DNA of 63,466 nucleotides, filler included, from Aduncisulcus paluster (lineage: Eukaryota): assembly GCA_024181965.1 (NCBI GenBank). It is 16 parts of 16 records of this genome, joined end to end, with 100 filler letters (N's around TTAATTAATTAA, not from the genome) between each part and the next. Parts side by side here need not be neighbours in the genome. Positions count along the whole stretch, not along the records: positions 9,632 to 15,921 come from BQXS01011807.1; positions 16,022 to 17,811 come from BQXS01011808.1; positions 17,912 to 25,154 come from BQXS01011809.1; positions 25,255 to 28,294 come from BQXS01011810.1; 12 more parts are not named here. One strand, written 5' to 3'. The notes beneath the pieces were generated by a model, which saw nothing but the letters and a program-made list of their open reading frames with translations, searched no databases and was not told the origin of the DNA. Positions 13,101 through 25,255 of this stretch are shown here, piece after piece. The first letter of the stretch is position 1. The number at the start of each line of letters is the position of its first letter. The position numbers were made by a program, and so were the translations under genes.

Positions 13101-15921
13101 ATAGATGAGCAGAATCCAGCCCCAAAGAAGGTATTCATAACCAAAAGTAAGGACAAGAAGGGAATACGAGTCTGCTGTTGAATATGAGTGAGATTATGGG
13201 ATAGAATCTTCAAATGATCAGGGGTCACAGAGAAAGAAGAGAACAATACAGGAGTGTACGTGTCGTTTTGTTCAGTCGTGGATATGGTGGAATACTGCGA
13301 AAATGAGGAGGAATATGTCGAAGTTGAAGAAATAGAAGAAACAGATTGATTTTGTTGTTTTTGTTTCTTCCTTGCCAATTTCTCCTTCATTTTGATCTCT
13401 TTGCGTTCTTTCTTCCTCTGTTCGTGAAGTTTCTCCTTTTCGATGTCTTCTTCAATTAACATACATTCACAAGACACTTCCCCACCGAGTTCTGCATCCT
13501 CCTTATTTATCATATGCTCTTCTTGGAGTTCCTCTTTCTGAGTATGCCGGAAAAAGGCAATGAGAATTGATAAAAGGGAAGGAAGGGCCAAGGAACGTGG
13601 ATATACAGTTTGAGTAGATCCACGGTCAACACAGACAGAAATGGAAGGAAGAGGTGGCATTGGAGTAGATGACGAAGAAGAGAGGTTGACTTCAGCCGTG
13701 GCAGAGTCGAACATTGGAGATTCAATCGCTTCACTGTGTTTCTTCACCAAGGAAGTGTGACCACTCTTTGATGAAGAAAGATCATCGATCATATAGTCGT
13801 TTGAAGGTGGAATTATGGTTGAAAACACAACGCCAGGCTCACACACTTCCTTTGAAATGCAGAATAAAGGCGCATTTGTGTCCACTTCTTCTGTTATCAA
13901 GTACAATGGATTAGCAAACATGTGTGCAAGCAACATTTGCCAACATTCAGAGCTGGTTTCCCCCTGATCTACCATGCTTTCTTCTCTTGATGGATACTCT
14001 CCTCTCCTTTCCCCATTATCGATGAGACAAACAAATACATTGCCATCCTCTGTCGAGAAAATGAGACACGGAGAGTAGAACAACGCATTGAAAACCCTTT
14101 CATGGATTATGTCCGAGCCACATCTGAGAATTCCGTCGCATAGAGAGAATATGAGACCATCGCAGATAGAAACCCATGAGAGAGAAGGAGAGGAAGACGA
14201 AGAGGCGAGAGAAGAGGAGGGAAAAGAGAGGAAAGGGAAGGTGGAAGAAAGAGGTGTTGATTTCATGAGAGCTGAAGTTGCAGAGAGAGTCGATGCACCA
14301 GATCCCACAACAGATGCAGAAGGAAGAGGTGGCATTGGAGTAGATGACGAAGAAGAGAGGTTGACTTCAGCCGTGGCAGAGTCGAACATTGGAGATTCAA
14401 TCGCTTCACTGTGTTTCTTCACCAAGGAAGTGTGACCACTCTTTGATGAAGAAAGATCATCGATCATATAGTCGTTTGAAGGTGGAATTATGGTTGAAAA
14501 CACAACGCCAGGCTCACACACTTCCTTTGAAATGCAGAATAAAGGCGCATTTGTGTCCACTTCTTCTGTTATCAAGTACAATGGATTAGCAAACATGTGT
14601 GCAAGCAACATTTGCCAACATTCAGAGCTGGTTTCCCCCTGATCTACCATGCTTTCTTCTCTTGATGGATACTCTCCTCTCCTTTCCCCATTATCGATGA
14701 GACAAACAAATACATTGCCATCCTCTGTCGAGAAAATGAGACACGGAGAGTAGAACAACGCATTGAAAACCCTTTCATGGATTATGTCCGAGCCACATCT
14801 GAGAATTCCGTCGCATAGAGAGAATATGAGACCATCGCAGATAGAAACCCATGAGAGAGAAGGAGAGGAAGACGAAGAGGCGAGAGAAGAGGAGGGAAAA
14901 GAGAGGAAAGGGAAGGTGGAAGAAAGAGGTGTTGATTTCATGAGAGCTGAAGTTGCAGAGAGAGTCGATGCACCAGATCCCACAACAGATGCAGAAGAAG
15001 AAGAGCTAAATGAAGAAATAGGTATGAATGATATCATGGTCTTTGGTACTGCCTGTGTTGTGGTCTTGTCAGATAATGACGAGATTATAATATCAAGGAT
15101 ACGGACATCACCTTCAACACTCACAACTCCAGCACATTTCTTCGGGGAAGATGAAGAGGAAGAGGAGGAATACCCAATAGCTTCGAGGAAGAAAGTGAAA
15201 GGAACGAAAGGAATCAACAATAATTCACTGTCAAGCTTTGAACTCTCTCCAAATAGTTTAACATAATAGTCCTCGCCATCAAAGATCATTATAACGATTC
15301 CTTCCTCAATGAAAGCACTGGAAACAAGAGTAACAGTATGGAAAGACCCATCTAGCCGTGTTATTTCCTTTTCAATCGTTTTTTTCCAGTTGATCTTTCG
15401 AATGCACTCACAATGGTAACATTCATCGAGGAAAGCAGTATTATTTAGAGTATTTACACTTCCTATCATAGCATCTGACTTATTGGCATAGACTTCCCTC
15501 TCTTCCTGGATATATTCCCTTGTTAAGAAAGCATATTGGTCTTCAAGAACAGTACCCGTAGATTGCTTTGAAGAATCACCTTCTTCTTCTTTAATATCTC
15601 TGCTGATTCTGAGACCAAAATGGGTGTCTTCAGAAGCATTGTGAACATCTTGCATGAACAACGCTTCTTCCTCGGCAATCAATTCCTCTTCAGACTTCTC
15701 CCAAACATTGAATATTTGAACACATTCAGCATCACACACACCAACTTTCACCATTCTATCTCTGTTATTCCCATCAACATTCCTCTGATGTACTTTTGAT
15801 TCTTCTAATTCTGTCCTCCCCCCGCCTGAGGAACGATCTATTCTATATTTAGAAGCAGTTTCAACCATACACACTGATGTTATAGCATCATTACTGCATA
15901 TTGATAGAGAGCACATCGGTG
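10166..15921 (-). CDS. ELP1: Diverged Elongator subunit 1 (Elp1/IKI3)-like protein, 5' partial
   Basis: DRGSTQTVYPRSLAL resembles the Elp1 PRGNLE...PR.LVL motif. It is preceded by LCDGILRCGSDIIHERVFNALFYSPCLIFST (end-of-propeller-like) and followed by a helical region and a basic C-terminal tract (KKSRKSKKPRK...ENFLAKAM). Many low-complexity inserts. Confidence 0.5.
13644..14997. repeat. Apparently exact in-frame tandem duplication, period 675 nt (225 aa)
   Basis: 13644-14322 matches 14319-14997, with a 4-nt GAAG overlap at the junction. The ORF track shows identical ORFs at 13714 and 14389. Confidence 0.95.
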
Positions 15922-16022
15922 NNNNNNNNNNNNNNNNNNNNNNNNNNNNNNNNNNNNNNNNNNNNTTAATTAATTAANNNNNNNNNNNNNNNNNNNNNNN
16001 NNNNNNNNNNNNNNNNNNNNNC

Positions 16023-17168
16023 CTTAAGAGAATTTTGTCAACCCTCGATGATGCATGTGGAAGGCTAACAGAATCTACGATGAGTTACAGTGAACAACTG
16101 ATTCGCATTGAACAACAGGATAATGATCTGTGTCAGACAGAATCAGAAGTGAAAAAACAAAATGCTCAGCTTACAAAACAATTGGATGCTATAGGTAAAA
16201 AACGGCAGAAGGCAATTGAGGAAAAGAAAAAACACGATAAGCAAAGTCAAAAACTTGAAAAGAAATATGAGGAGGATATGAAGAGACTTGATGATGAGAA
16301 GAAAGCCATTGATACAAGGGAAATTAAGCGAGCACAAAAACAAAAGGATCTTGCGAAAAAGAAGAAAAAGCAAGAAGAAGAGTTGAAGAAAAAACAAAAA
16401 GAACATGATAGCCTGAAGAAGAAACGAGAGGGAGAAATAGCCGCATTGAAAAAACATGTTGCTGCCATTAGATCTAAACAAGAACTCCCTGGATTTTGGA
16501 CGAAATTTAAAGGTGTGAGTATGGATGTTACAGCGAAATTAGGGAGTGTTCCAAAGTTTGATCAGCTCCGTATTCCAATGAGTGCCAAAGAACTTGATGC
16601 TTTGAGACCATTTTGTCAATCTCTCGGTCCAAAGATTACGTCGGGCTATAGAGTGGAGAATCCCTTCTTCTGGCAGGACTATTGTAATTATCGAGAGACA
16701 TCTGCTTTCACGTATCGTTCTTTTACCAAATCACCTGTCACTTCACCAATCACACCAACCATGACATCATCAAATGTTCCTCCATGGATTAAACTCCATT
16801 TAGAATCAAATGAGCAGTTCTTGTTCCACGGAACAAGTGATGTTGTCACACAGAGTGTCATTATTCAAGGATATGATAATAGATTGGGAGGAGGATTATT
16901 GGGAAATGGTGCATATTTTGCTGAAGACGTGAACAAAGCAAGTGGTTATTCTTCAAAATGCACAAAAGGGAATGTTATGACAATCGCTCTTGTATGTTTA
17001 GGACCCAAGCCATATATGTTTGGTGGTAGTTCTCAATCTTTCACAAAGCCTCCTAAAATTGGATCCACTGATTTCTCTCACACATGTGTGATTGGTCGTA
17101 ATCCCAGAGAGTTTGTTCTTTATCATAATCATGCCGCCTATCCTCTGTATATTCTGTACTATACGTGA
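16023..17168 (+). CDS. PARP-family ADP-ribosyltransferase with N-terminal coiled coil, possibly 5' partial
   Basis: NEQFLFHGTS, GNGAYFAE..KASGY and REFVLY...AYPLYILYY give the H-Y-E triad; tankyrase-like catalytic region. Confidence 0.92.
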   Translation, partial: LKRILSTLDDACGRLTESTMSYSEQLIRIEQQDNDLCQTESEVKKQNAQLTKQLDAIGKKRQKAIEEKKKHDKQSQKLEKKYEEDMKRLDDEKKAIDTREIKRAQKQKDLAKKKKKQEEELKKKQKEHDSLKKKREGEIAALKKHVAAIRSKQELPGFWTKFKGVSMDVTAKLGSVPKFDQLRIPMSAKELDALRPFCQSLGPKITSGYRVENPFFWQDYCNYRETSAFTYRSFTKSPVTSPITPTMTSSNVPPWIKLHLESNEQFLFHGTSDVVTQSVIIQGYDNRLGGGLLGNGAYFAEDVNKASGYSSKCTKGNVMTIALVCLGPKPYMFGGSSQSFTKPPKIGSTDFSHTCVIGRNPREFVLYHNHAAYPLYILYYT

Positions 17169-17476
17169 ATTAGGAGTGGCTTCGATTCTTGTTCAAGATG
17201 GTTGTTTCAACGGATTGTCAGTAAACTTTATTTCATGAAATTGCTGTACTTCATTTCAAATTCAAGCAATTGAAAAAAGAGTTTGGTTTAACACAGAGAT
17301 CCAAATCAGAACAGACGGAAGAATGCCCGAACATTACTCATAGAACATTAAGATACACAAATTGATAAGGTTAAGAGGACAAAATAATAGAAATTATAAA
17401 AATACAACTGTGAAGAAGACATCTCAGAGACCAGGAGTTTGTAAAAACACACACACAAAAGAAGAAATGGAAACAC

Positions 17477-17811
17477 TCACTCCATCTTAATTACAATCTT
17501 GCCCGTGACGTGTCTCTTTGACAATCTCACATAGGCTTCCTGAGTTCCATCCATAGGAACAACCTCAAGGCTTGGGATCTTCACTTTCTTCTCAGCAACC
17601 ATGGAAAGAAGACGAGCCATCGCTGTAGACAATGCGTCAATGTGTTTGCCGCCAGCACCAAATGCCCATCCAAGTGCGGACATACTGAGAGTCCATCCAT
17701 TTGTGAACATGCTGTCGAACACACTTGGAGTCCCAACGATACCAGATCCACGACCTTGGAAATCGAGAACACCTTTCATGAGGGAGGCAAATGTATCGCC
17801 AGACACGGCAT
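17477..17811 (-). CDS. MDR-family (zinc-type alcohol dehydrogenase / quinone oxidoreductase-like) protein, C-terminal fragment
   Basis: Ends ...EVVPMDGTQEAYVRLSKRHVTGKIVIKME*, a typical MDR/QOR C-terminus; AVSG at the contig edge. Confidence 0.8.
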
Positions 17812-18161
17812 NNNNNNNNNNNNNNNNNNNNNNNNNNNNNNNNNNNNNNNNNNNNTTAATTAATTAANNNNNNNNNNNNNNNNNNNNNNNNNNNNNNNNN
17901 NNNNNNNNNNNGGAGGATTTCTCTGATGTTTTTTTTCGGCATGAAATAATTTTTATTCCTTCATATTGAATTAATATCGATATCTAACCTGCTATTGCAA
18001 CAAATTATATCAATCTGTCAATTTCATCTTTCTACAAGGTCTGTGAGATTAATCTTTCACAAAAATATGGTGTCTATTCAATAAGACCTTATTCTTTGTT
18101 ATTTATTGGATCGTTTCCACACAATATGTAGTACTTATTATGTTCAACCCCACTTGACAGC

Positions 18162-21100
18162 TTATTTTATTCGAATTCTAAAGAAAGAGAGAACAAACCA
18201 ACCCGCTAATCCAAACAAACACACCCAATCATTAAGAGAGAACAACAGTACAAAAATAGGATATAACCGAATAACACCGACAAGATCAATGTCCTTGAAA
18301 ATAGACCGAGAGATCCGACCAACGTATAGGAAAACAAAAGCGAAGGGATCACAGAGTGATGCATTGATATGCTCAAACAGGTCTCTATTCCAATCATCTC
18401 CGAGGTTTATAGTGCCCAAAAGGGAAGAAAACCCAACGAGAATGTAGACAGCGATGGATATAAGGACATGACCGATACAACAAACAATTATCGGCCAAAC
18501 GTCCTCTTGAGTTCGACAATAACAGCCGCAGCACTGTCCAAATTCAGTGGGACGGAGCAAAAACATGTAGAACATTGCAAATAGGAGAGTTTGGAAGCTC
18601 ACTCGAGTTGTTACAGCCAAATGGACGCAATGAGAGAGTTCGGCATCTTGGTTCCACATTCTAAATATAGTCAGGCTTGAGAAGATTGCCAACGATAATA
18701 TTGAGAGAAGTCGAATGATCCACTCAACAATGTAAAGTATAAATCGTGTTTTCTGATCTTTCAGTAGATAAGCTTGACCATAGCCCGAGAAAGGCAGCAA
18801 AAAGGATGTCACAACACAGAGTAAAACGCTTGAAATCATAAATATTGTTTTGTAAAAGAGAGAATTGTCTGAAGGTTCATCAATGGTGGGGATGTTAAAA
18901 ATATCATAAAAATGCTTGTAAAAATAAATCAAACAGAAAACGTTGAGGAAAAAGAAGAAAAATGCCAATAAAAACCCCACAATATTCGAGGCGAGGGAAA
19001 ACTCTGAAAAGGCTCGATGGATGGCAAAGTGTTTCACAAGGTAAACTGCCATCTTATCGCCAGCTCTAGCCTTCTCAAGGATGTCTGAATGGCCATTCTC
19101 ATCAAATAGACCTTCAAACAAATCCTTTCGAATACGATATCCCTTGTATATTTTGAGTTCTTCAAGATACTGGGCTTTTACATACGATGGAACTCGTTTG
19201 CGACGCTTTCGGATGTGTCGTTGAGTCGATTCATCATGTTCAAAGCGAGTCTTCCACAAAAACCCGTTGATGCTATTTCCAGTATTCGATTCCTCTTCCT
19301 CTTCTTCCTCTTCTTCCTCTTCCTCTTCCTCTTCCTCTTCCTCTTCCTCTTCGACTTGCTCTTCCTCTTCTTCCTCTTCTTCTTCCATCAAACCCATTCC
19401 AATGTTGGTTTGAGCAATGTTAACGACAACCTTGGACGCATCGGCAAGAACGTCGTCGTCTGCACCTTCACCAGCTGTATAATATGACATGGGTTTTGAA
19501 TGTTTCAAAACCGAGCGCGAACGAGACGATGAGAAGGAAAGAGGCATGTCAGCATCATCGAGGGCATCGTGACCACGTTGTCGAATGGCAGACATTTCGA
19601 TGGCAAGGCTATGGTCCTTCTTGTTGGAACCTGGACAAGGTGTCAAGGACTGTTTTTGTGACTTATTCTTCTTTTTTCCAGGACCTTGAGATAACCCTTT
19701 CTTCTTCTTGGTCTTTTTAAGGTCGGATGGAGGGGGAGACGCAGAATATTCCCTTTTCCTCGATGCTTTCCGTTTACCTCGGGCACTTCCTGATCCACGG
19801 ACAGGGCCATGTGAAGAGCCATCGGACTGAATGATTTCATCCCCTGCACCATATTCATACACGAAGTCTTGCTCTTCAAACTGGCTATCATAGGCGCTAT
19901 ATTGACTATCCTTTCGGTCTCTTGTACTTCCCCCAAGAGAAGGATGGAGAGGAGGAAGTTGTGACGAGGTTCCACTTCCGACTTGCCGGCTCCTTGTCTC
20001 AGGGCCTTGGTCGCCAGTGCTCTGCCTAATCATACTAGCAACTACATACACAGCACTCACACCCGTTGGAGGAATAGGAATGTCAAGGGCAACACTGGGA
20101 TTTGGAATGGACAATGATCCGGACAGACGGAGGAAAGTGTCAAAGTCACCGAGCAATGAGTGTTCAAGAAACAAGATAAAATGGGATAGTCCAATGCCTG
20201 ATTGTGAACTAGACTCAAGCCCTGCCAGGAAGAGAAGGAGGACCCTCTTCATTATTTCTGGACTAGTAGTAGAGAAAGGGTCGTCAGCAAGTTCTTGAAG
20301 AGATGAAGTCCGAGGAGTGGTTTCAGAGCCTCCTCTGTGAGTTACTTGGGAGAAACAAGAGTTCGACACCAGTCCCATCTCGCACAGAAGACCACAGATA
20401 ACACTCGCAGCCATGATGTTCACCTCTTCAGTCGTTAATACGCTCGAAGCTGTCTCAAGGAGCAAGGGAGATAGCTGGAATGGGCAGAATGGAGCAGTCT
20501 CATGCTTGGAAAGAGGGGATGAATCTCCAAAGGGTGTCATACATTCGCACTCGTGGACTCCACCACTCACAGCTTCCTTATAACGCTTGGCCTGGATCTT
20601 TCCAAATCTCTTAATGTCAGAGCATATGCACTTGTCAACAAACACGCATGAGAGAGGAATTGAAGATATTTGGGTCAATTGGGTGGAACCAACGGTAGTT
20701 ACACTCTCACTTCCACCCACTTTCTTGGCTTTCTTTTTCGATTTGGTCCCAACGCGATAATCTGAGTATAATCTAAAAATAGAACTGGCAATGATATAAA
20801 CGAGTAAATAAATATCACCCCAATTCATGTTATTCCGGCTTTCTACTGATTTCAGGATATCTTTCAATGTTCCACCGCAAGGATATTGCATCACAACTCC
20901 GATAGATTGAAGCTCGATAGGAGTGAAATAAGTCCGTGGATAAATAAAATGGGGGCCAGAAACAGCAAGTTTGCCGGCTTTGACCGGTATCTTGATTTTT
21001 CGAATTGTTGAAGCAATGCTATTGGCTACAGCAACGAGAGTTGGATTAGAAAGGGCAAATGCATTCTTGGAGATTAAAAATGAAGGGCGATACGAAATAC

Positions 21101-21998
21101 AGTCAATCATTACAACACAAGGGATATGAGAACGTTTGTGAGTGCGCAAAAGGGTCGCTTTCTTCTGAGTGGTCTGTAATTCAGTTCCGTCAATGTCACT
21201 TGGGGATAAATAAATATATAAATCGTCTTGGTCAGAAGAGAGAGTCAATTCATCGATATCATCGGAACCATCAAGTAAATCTGTTTCACATGATGCGTCA
21301 ATACTTAGTTTTACATCGTCGTGAAGCCTTTTCTTTCCCATGAGTCGTGCACGGCAAATACAGACATTATCAGTGCTGCCACGAACAGAGAATGCGTGGG
21401 AAGGAGGACGAATTGGATACAGTGAGTATGAATCGCTACGAATCGAAGAACTTCGGGAACTTTGTTTTTTACGCTGTGAGAGCATGGGAAGATGACGGAT
21501 AAAGTCAAGATAACACCCAGTAAATTGACAGGATGAATGGGCAGGCGAAACAACAATAGGACATGAAAATGAAGTAGCTGCCAACAGTAAAAGCTCAGAG
21601 TCAATAAGAGAGCGAGTATCTCCATTGCATAGTGGACAAACAAGGACATCACTAACGGGCTCGTCTTTATCGCTCATAAGAAGATCTGCTTCCTTTTTTG
21701 AGGAAGCAAAATGATGTGCAATACAAAAATCATCAAAGCATTTCTTACATTTCGTGCATCTTCTAACACGACGGGGTTCAGGGAGCAACGAGTATTTACA
21801 GAGGGCACTATAGATAAAATATGAGTATAATATGAGATAAACAAGATGTTATTTTAAAAGAAATTAATATATTTCTCAATAAGAATATTAAATCGCCAAC
21901 TTATTGACATACCATGATAGTAAATGTTGTTTTTGAAGTATATTTCGTAAAATATAGTCGCAAATATATTTAACATGTACTTCTGAATATAAGTACAT
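18162..21998 (-). CDS. Zinc-finger + degenerate kinase-like + acidic tract + multi-pass membrane protein; intron at 21808-21912
   Basis: Exon 1 (ATG 21998 to 21913) splices via GTATGT...CTATAG (105 nt) into the 1208-aa ORF and restores CALC...CTKCKKCFDDFC...CPLC. Also GVVMQYPCGGTLKDIL, poly-Glu and about 7 hydrophobic segments at the C-terminus. Confidence 0.75.
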
Positions 21999-22174
21999 GC
22001 TAATGTTGTAATGTTTCTATAGATAACAGCGAAATGTGCAGATTGGGACAATCCGAATTGAAGTTGAAGGATAACAATACAAAAAGTCAGAAAATTAATA
22101 AAACAGTGGAAATAATACAATTTCCATAAATTTATTCATCATGATTCTCCTTAATTCTTATGATACGATTATTC

Positions 22175-23052
22175 TTACATATTTTCATCTGTTTCTTCGA
22201 CAACAACACCATCCTCATTGCTGGCAAGGTCAGAAGTCCAGAGAGTAAGGTTGTCTCTCAAGAGCTGCATAATAAGAGTGGAGTCCTTGTAAGAATCTTC
22301 TGAGAGCTGGTCAAGTTCCTTGATGGCATCATCAAAGGCAGCCTTGGCAAGAGAAACAGCTTGAGTGGGCTCGTTGAGGATTTCATAGTAAAAGACAGAG
22401 AAATTGAGGGCAAGTCCAAGACGGATGGGGTGAGTGGGCATGAGCTCCTTAGCAAGCTCAGAAGCCTTGGTGTAAGCTTCAAGGGAGCTGGTGGAAGCAT
22501 TCTTCCTCACGTCACCAGTGCTGTACTCAGCGATATAACGGCTGTAGTCACCTCTCATCTTGTAGTAGAAAACCTTAGATTCGGGAGTGGTGGCAGTGGG
22601 GATGAGGTGCTCGTCAAGAAGCTTAAGAAGATCGTTACAAATCTCAGAAAGTTCACCTTCAACCTTCTCACGGTAGGCACGGATGTTACGAACGTGTTTC
22701 TCGTGTCCTTTGGTCATTTCTTTGTGCTCAATAGAAGAAATGATTCTCCAAGCAGCACGACGGGCACCGATGACATTCTTGTAGGCAACAGAAAGGAGGT
22801 TACGCTCCTCAACGGAGAGCTCAGAAGACATCAAAGAAACCTTTTTGATATTCTCAACCATTTCTATAAAATTAACATTAATAATAAAGAGGAAAGGAAA
22901 AAAAGATAATTGATGGAAAAGAAGGAATAAGGAAAAAGAATATTCTAAAATTACGGAATAAGTTTAGAGGAAGACATACCTTCATATCTCTCAGCGTTCT
23001 CGTTTAACTTGGCAAGGTAAACGTAATCATCTCTAGTTAATTCTGTTTCCAT
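22175..23052 (-). CDS. 14-3-3 protein, two exons (23052-22980, 22863-22175); intron 22864-22979
   Basis: Spliced product [29 protein letters not shown]...; signatures [29 protein letters not shown] and [24 protein letters not shown] donor and TATAG acceptor. Confidence 0.98.
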
Positions 23053-23222
23053 GTGTTTAATTTCGCTACTTTAGTTATTGCAAGTGAGCGAAGAAAGGGT
23101 TACATTGAAGGGTTTGATTTGATCCAAAAATAGACATCATCCCTTTGCTTGGCTAATACGCTATATTGATAATATACATCGCTATATTTTGCTTAATTTA
23201 TCATGAACCTGAGATATTTTGC

Positions 23223-23804
23223 AATGGATTTCTCATTTTTCGTAGATGTCCACGACATAATAAAAACATAATCAAAAGTCGAAAGAATGCAAGACATGAG
23301 CATTCTATTGGGAGATTTCCCCGCTTAAATAACACTATTTGTATGATACACTTTTTTTTGCCTCCAGATTCTCAATCTTCTACATCGATTTTGTCCTCAT
23401 CAATTTCGATTTCCTCTTTACCAGTGGGTTGGGCAATATTATGATTCTTTGATAAGAGGAGAAGATTAATCGATGGAAATTTATTCATGTTAAAGTAAGT
23501 TTANNNNNNNNNNNNNNNNNNNNAATGGATTTCTCATTTTTCGTAGATGTCCACGACATAATAAAAACATAATCAAAAGTCGAAAGAATGCAAGACATGA
23601 GCATTCTATTGGGAGATTTCCCCGCTTAAATAACACTATTTGTATGATACACTTTTTTTTGCCTCCAGATTCTCAATCTTCTACATCGATTTTGTCCTCA
23701 TCAATTTCGATTTCCTCTTTACCAGTGGGTTGGGCAATATTATGATTCTTTGATAAGAGGAGAAGATTAATCGATGGAAATTTATTCATGTTAAAGTAAG
23801 TTTA
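23223..23804. repeat. 281-nt direct duplication flanking a 20-N gap (scaffolding artefact)
   Basis: 23223-23503 is repeated at 23524-23804. Confidence 0.9.
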
Positions 23805-24099
23805 TTTCAGAAATAAGCTTAGTCAACCTGGATTCAGACCAGGTAACAAAATTAAACATAAATAGAATTCAAAGACTTAGTTCAATGATAGTAATTGGAT
23901 AATAAGATAATCCAATAACCATTGAAGATATTCGCAAAAAGGAATAATAATATTTTTAACAAAAACAAAATGATACAAAAAAAACTGTTTACGTATCAAA
24001 AAATTTTAAAATTGTATTGAAAATACGAAGCCGATTGAAAAAATGAGTTATTTAAGGGATTTTTAATGCTGAAAAAAATGAAAAATAAAATTATATTTT

Positions 24100-25154
24100 T
24101 CAACAGCCAGCGTATTTCTTTGTACTTTTCTTCTTCCTTCGCAAACCCTTAACTTTCTTTCTGTAGATTTTCTTTGAGCGGGATTTTCTTTCTTGTGCTT
24201 CGACGGGCAAAACAATGGGATCAAACTGAGTACTGCTACTGAGGAGACTCACACTCTCGCTCTCTTCTTCAACGACAACATCACCAGGGTCCATTCTCGA
24301 TTCAATTTCACTCCACTTGTCTCCAGCGGGCAGGATCAAAGATTCGGAATACTCGCCTGGAGGCGGAGTAGCCCGGCCAGAGCCGTCACAATCTGTGAAA
24401 GCCTGGGATAGTTGAGGATTTGTCGACGCCTTTGATACAATGGCCGTAGGGTTGGCATTAATTCGGAACACTGACGGTGGGGTGAAAGCATGGCTCCTTG
24501 ATCTACGGCCATGGGGAGAATGGTGGACAATGTTTGAGGGAAGGTGCATACCATCCACTTTGCCGTAATAAGGATTTGAAAGAGTTGGGGGAACATCATT
24601 CAGGGATTCCCTTACGATATCACGATCAATTGTCCCAATACTGTGACTTCTGGACCTGAATCCACCCACAGGTTGAGGGGGAGCAGCAGGAGAGGTCTGG
24701 ATCATAAGTTCTGAGCTGATCAGTGGGGATACAATGGCTTCTTTCTTCGGAGTTCTTGAAGGGATAGAATCACAGGAGACTTTGGACTCATCCCACAACT
24801 GACTGGCAGCATCACAGCGCAGAGACATACTGGCTACAGCTTGGGCAGCGGTCTGGATGCGACTAGGGTTTTGCGAAGGGGTTGTGGGGGTGGATGGAAT
24901 CGTAATAGTGGTCATGTTGGGGGAAACAGATTCACACTTTGGTGGAACTCGACGACTGCCCATCATGGAATCGATTCGTGATTCACCTAATTTGACAAGG
25001 CCAGGAGACTTGTGGAAATGAGGGGCGTGGGGTCTTTGAGAATAGGGAGTAAATGAAGGAAATAGAAATGATAATGATGATATTTGTTTTCGAGAGAGGG
25101 CAGGATAATCTGCAGGAAGAATCGAGAGGAGAGCATCAATTGTATCTCTCATAT
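24100..25154 (-). CDS. Ser/Pro-rich hypothetical protein with basic C-terminus, probably 5' partial
   Basis: 350-aa ORF reaching the contig end; ends KKVKGLRRKKKSTKKYAGC*. Confidence 0.7.
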
Positions 25155-25255
25155 NNNNNNNNNNNNNNNNNNNNNNNNNNNNNNNNNNNNNNNNNNNNTT
25201 AATTAATTAANNNNNNNNNNNNNNNNNNNNNNNNNNNNNNNNNNNNNNNNNNNNA

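Noticed and set aside
23372..23488. 38-codon minus-strand ORF (MNKFPSINLLL...KIDVED*)
   Set aside because: Too short, with no homology or splice support, and it lies in the artefactually duplicated segment.
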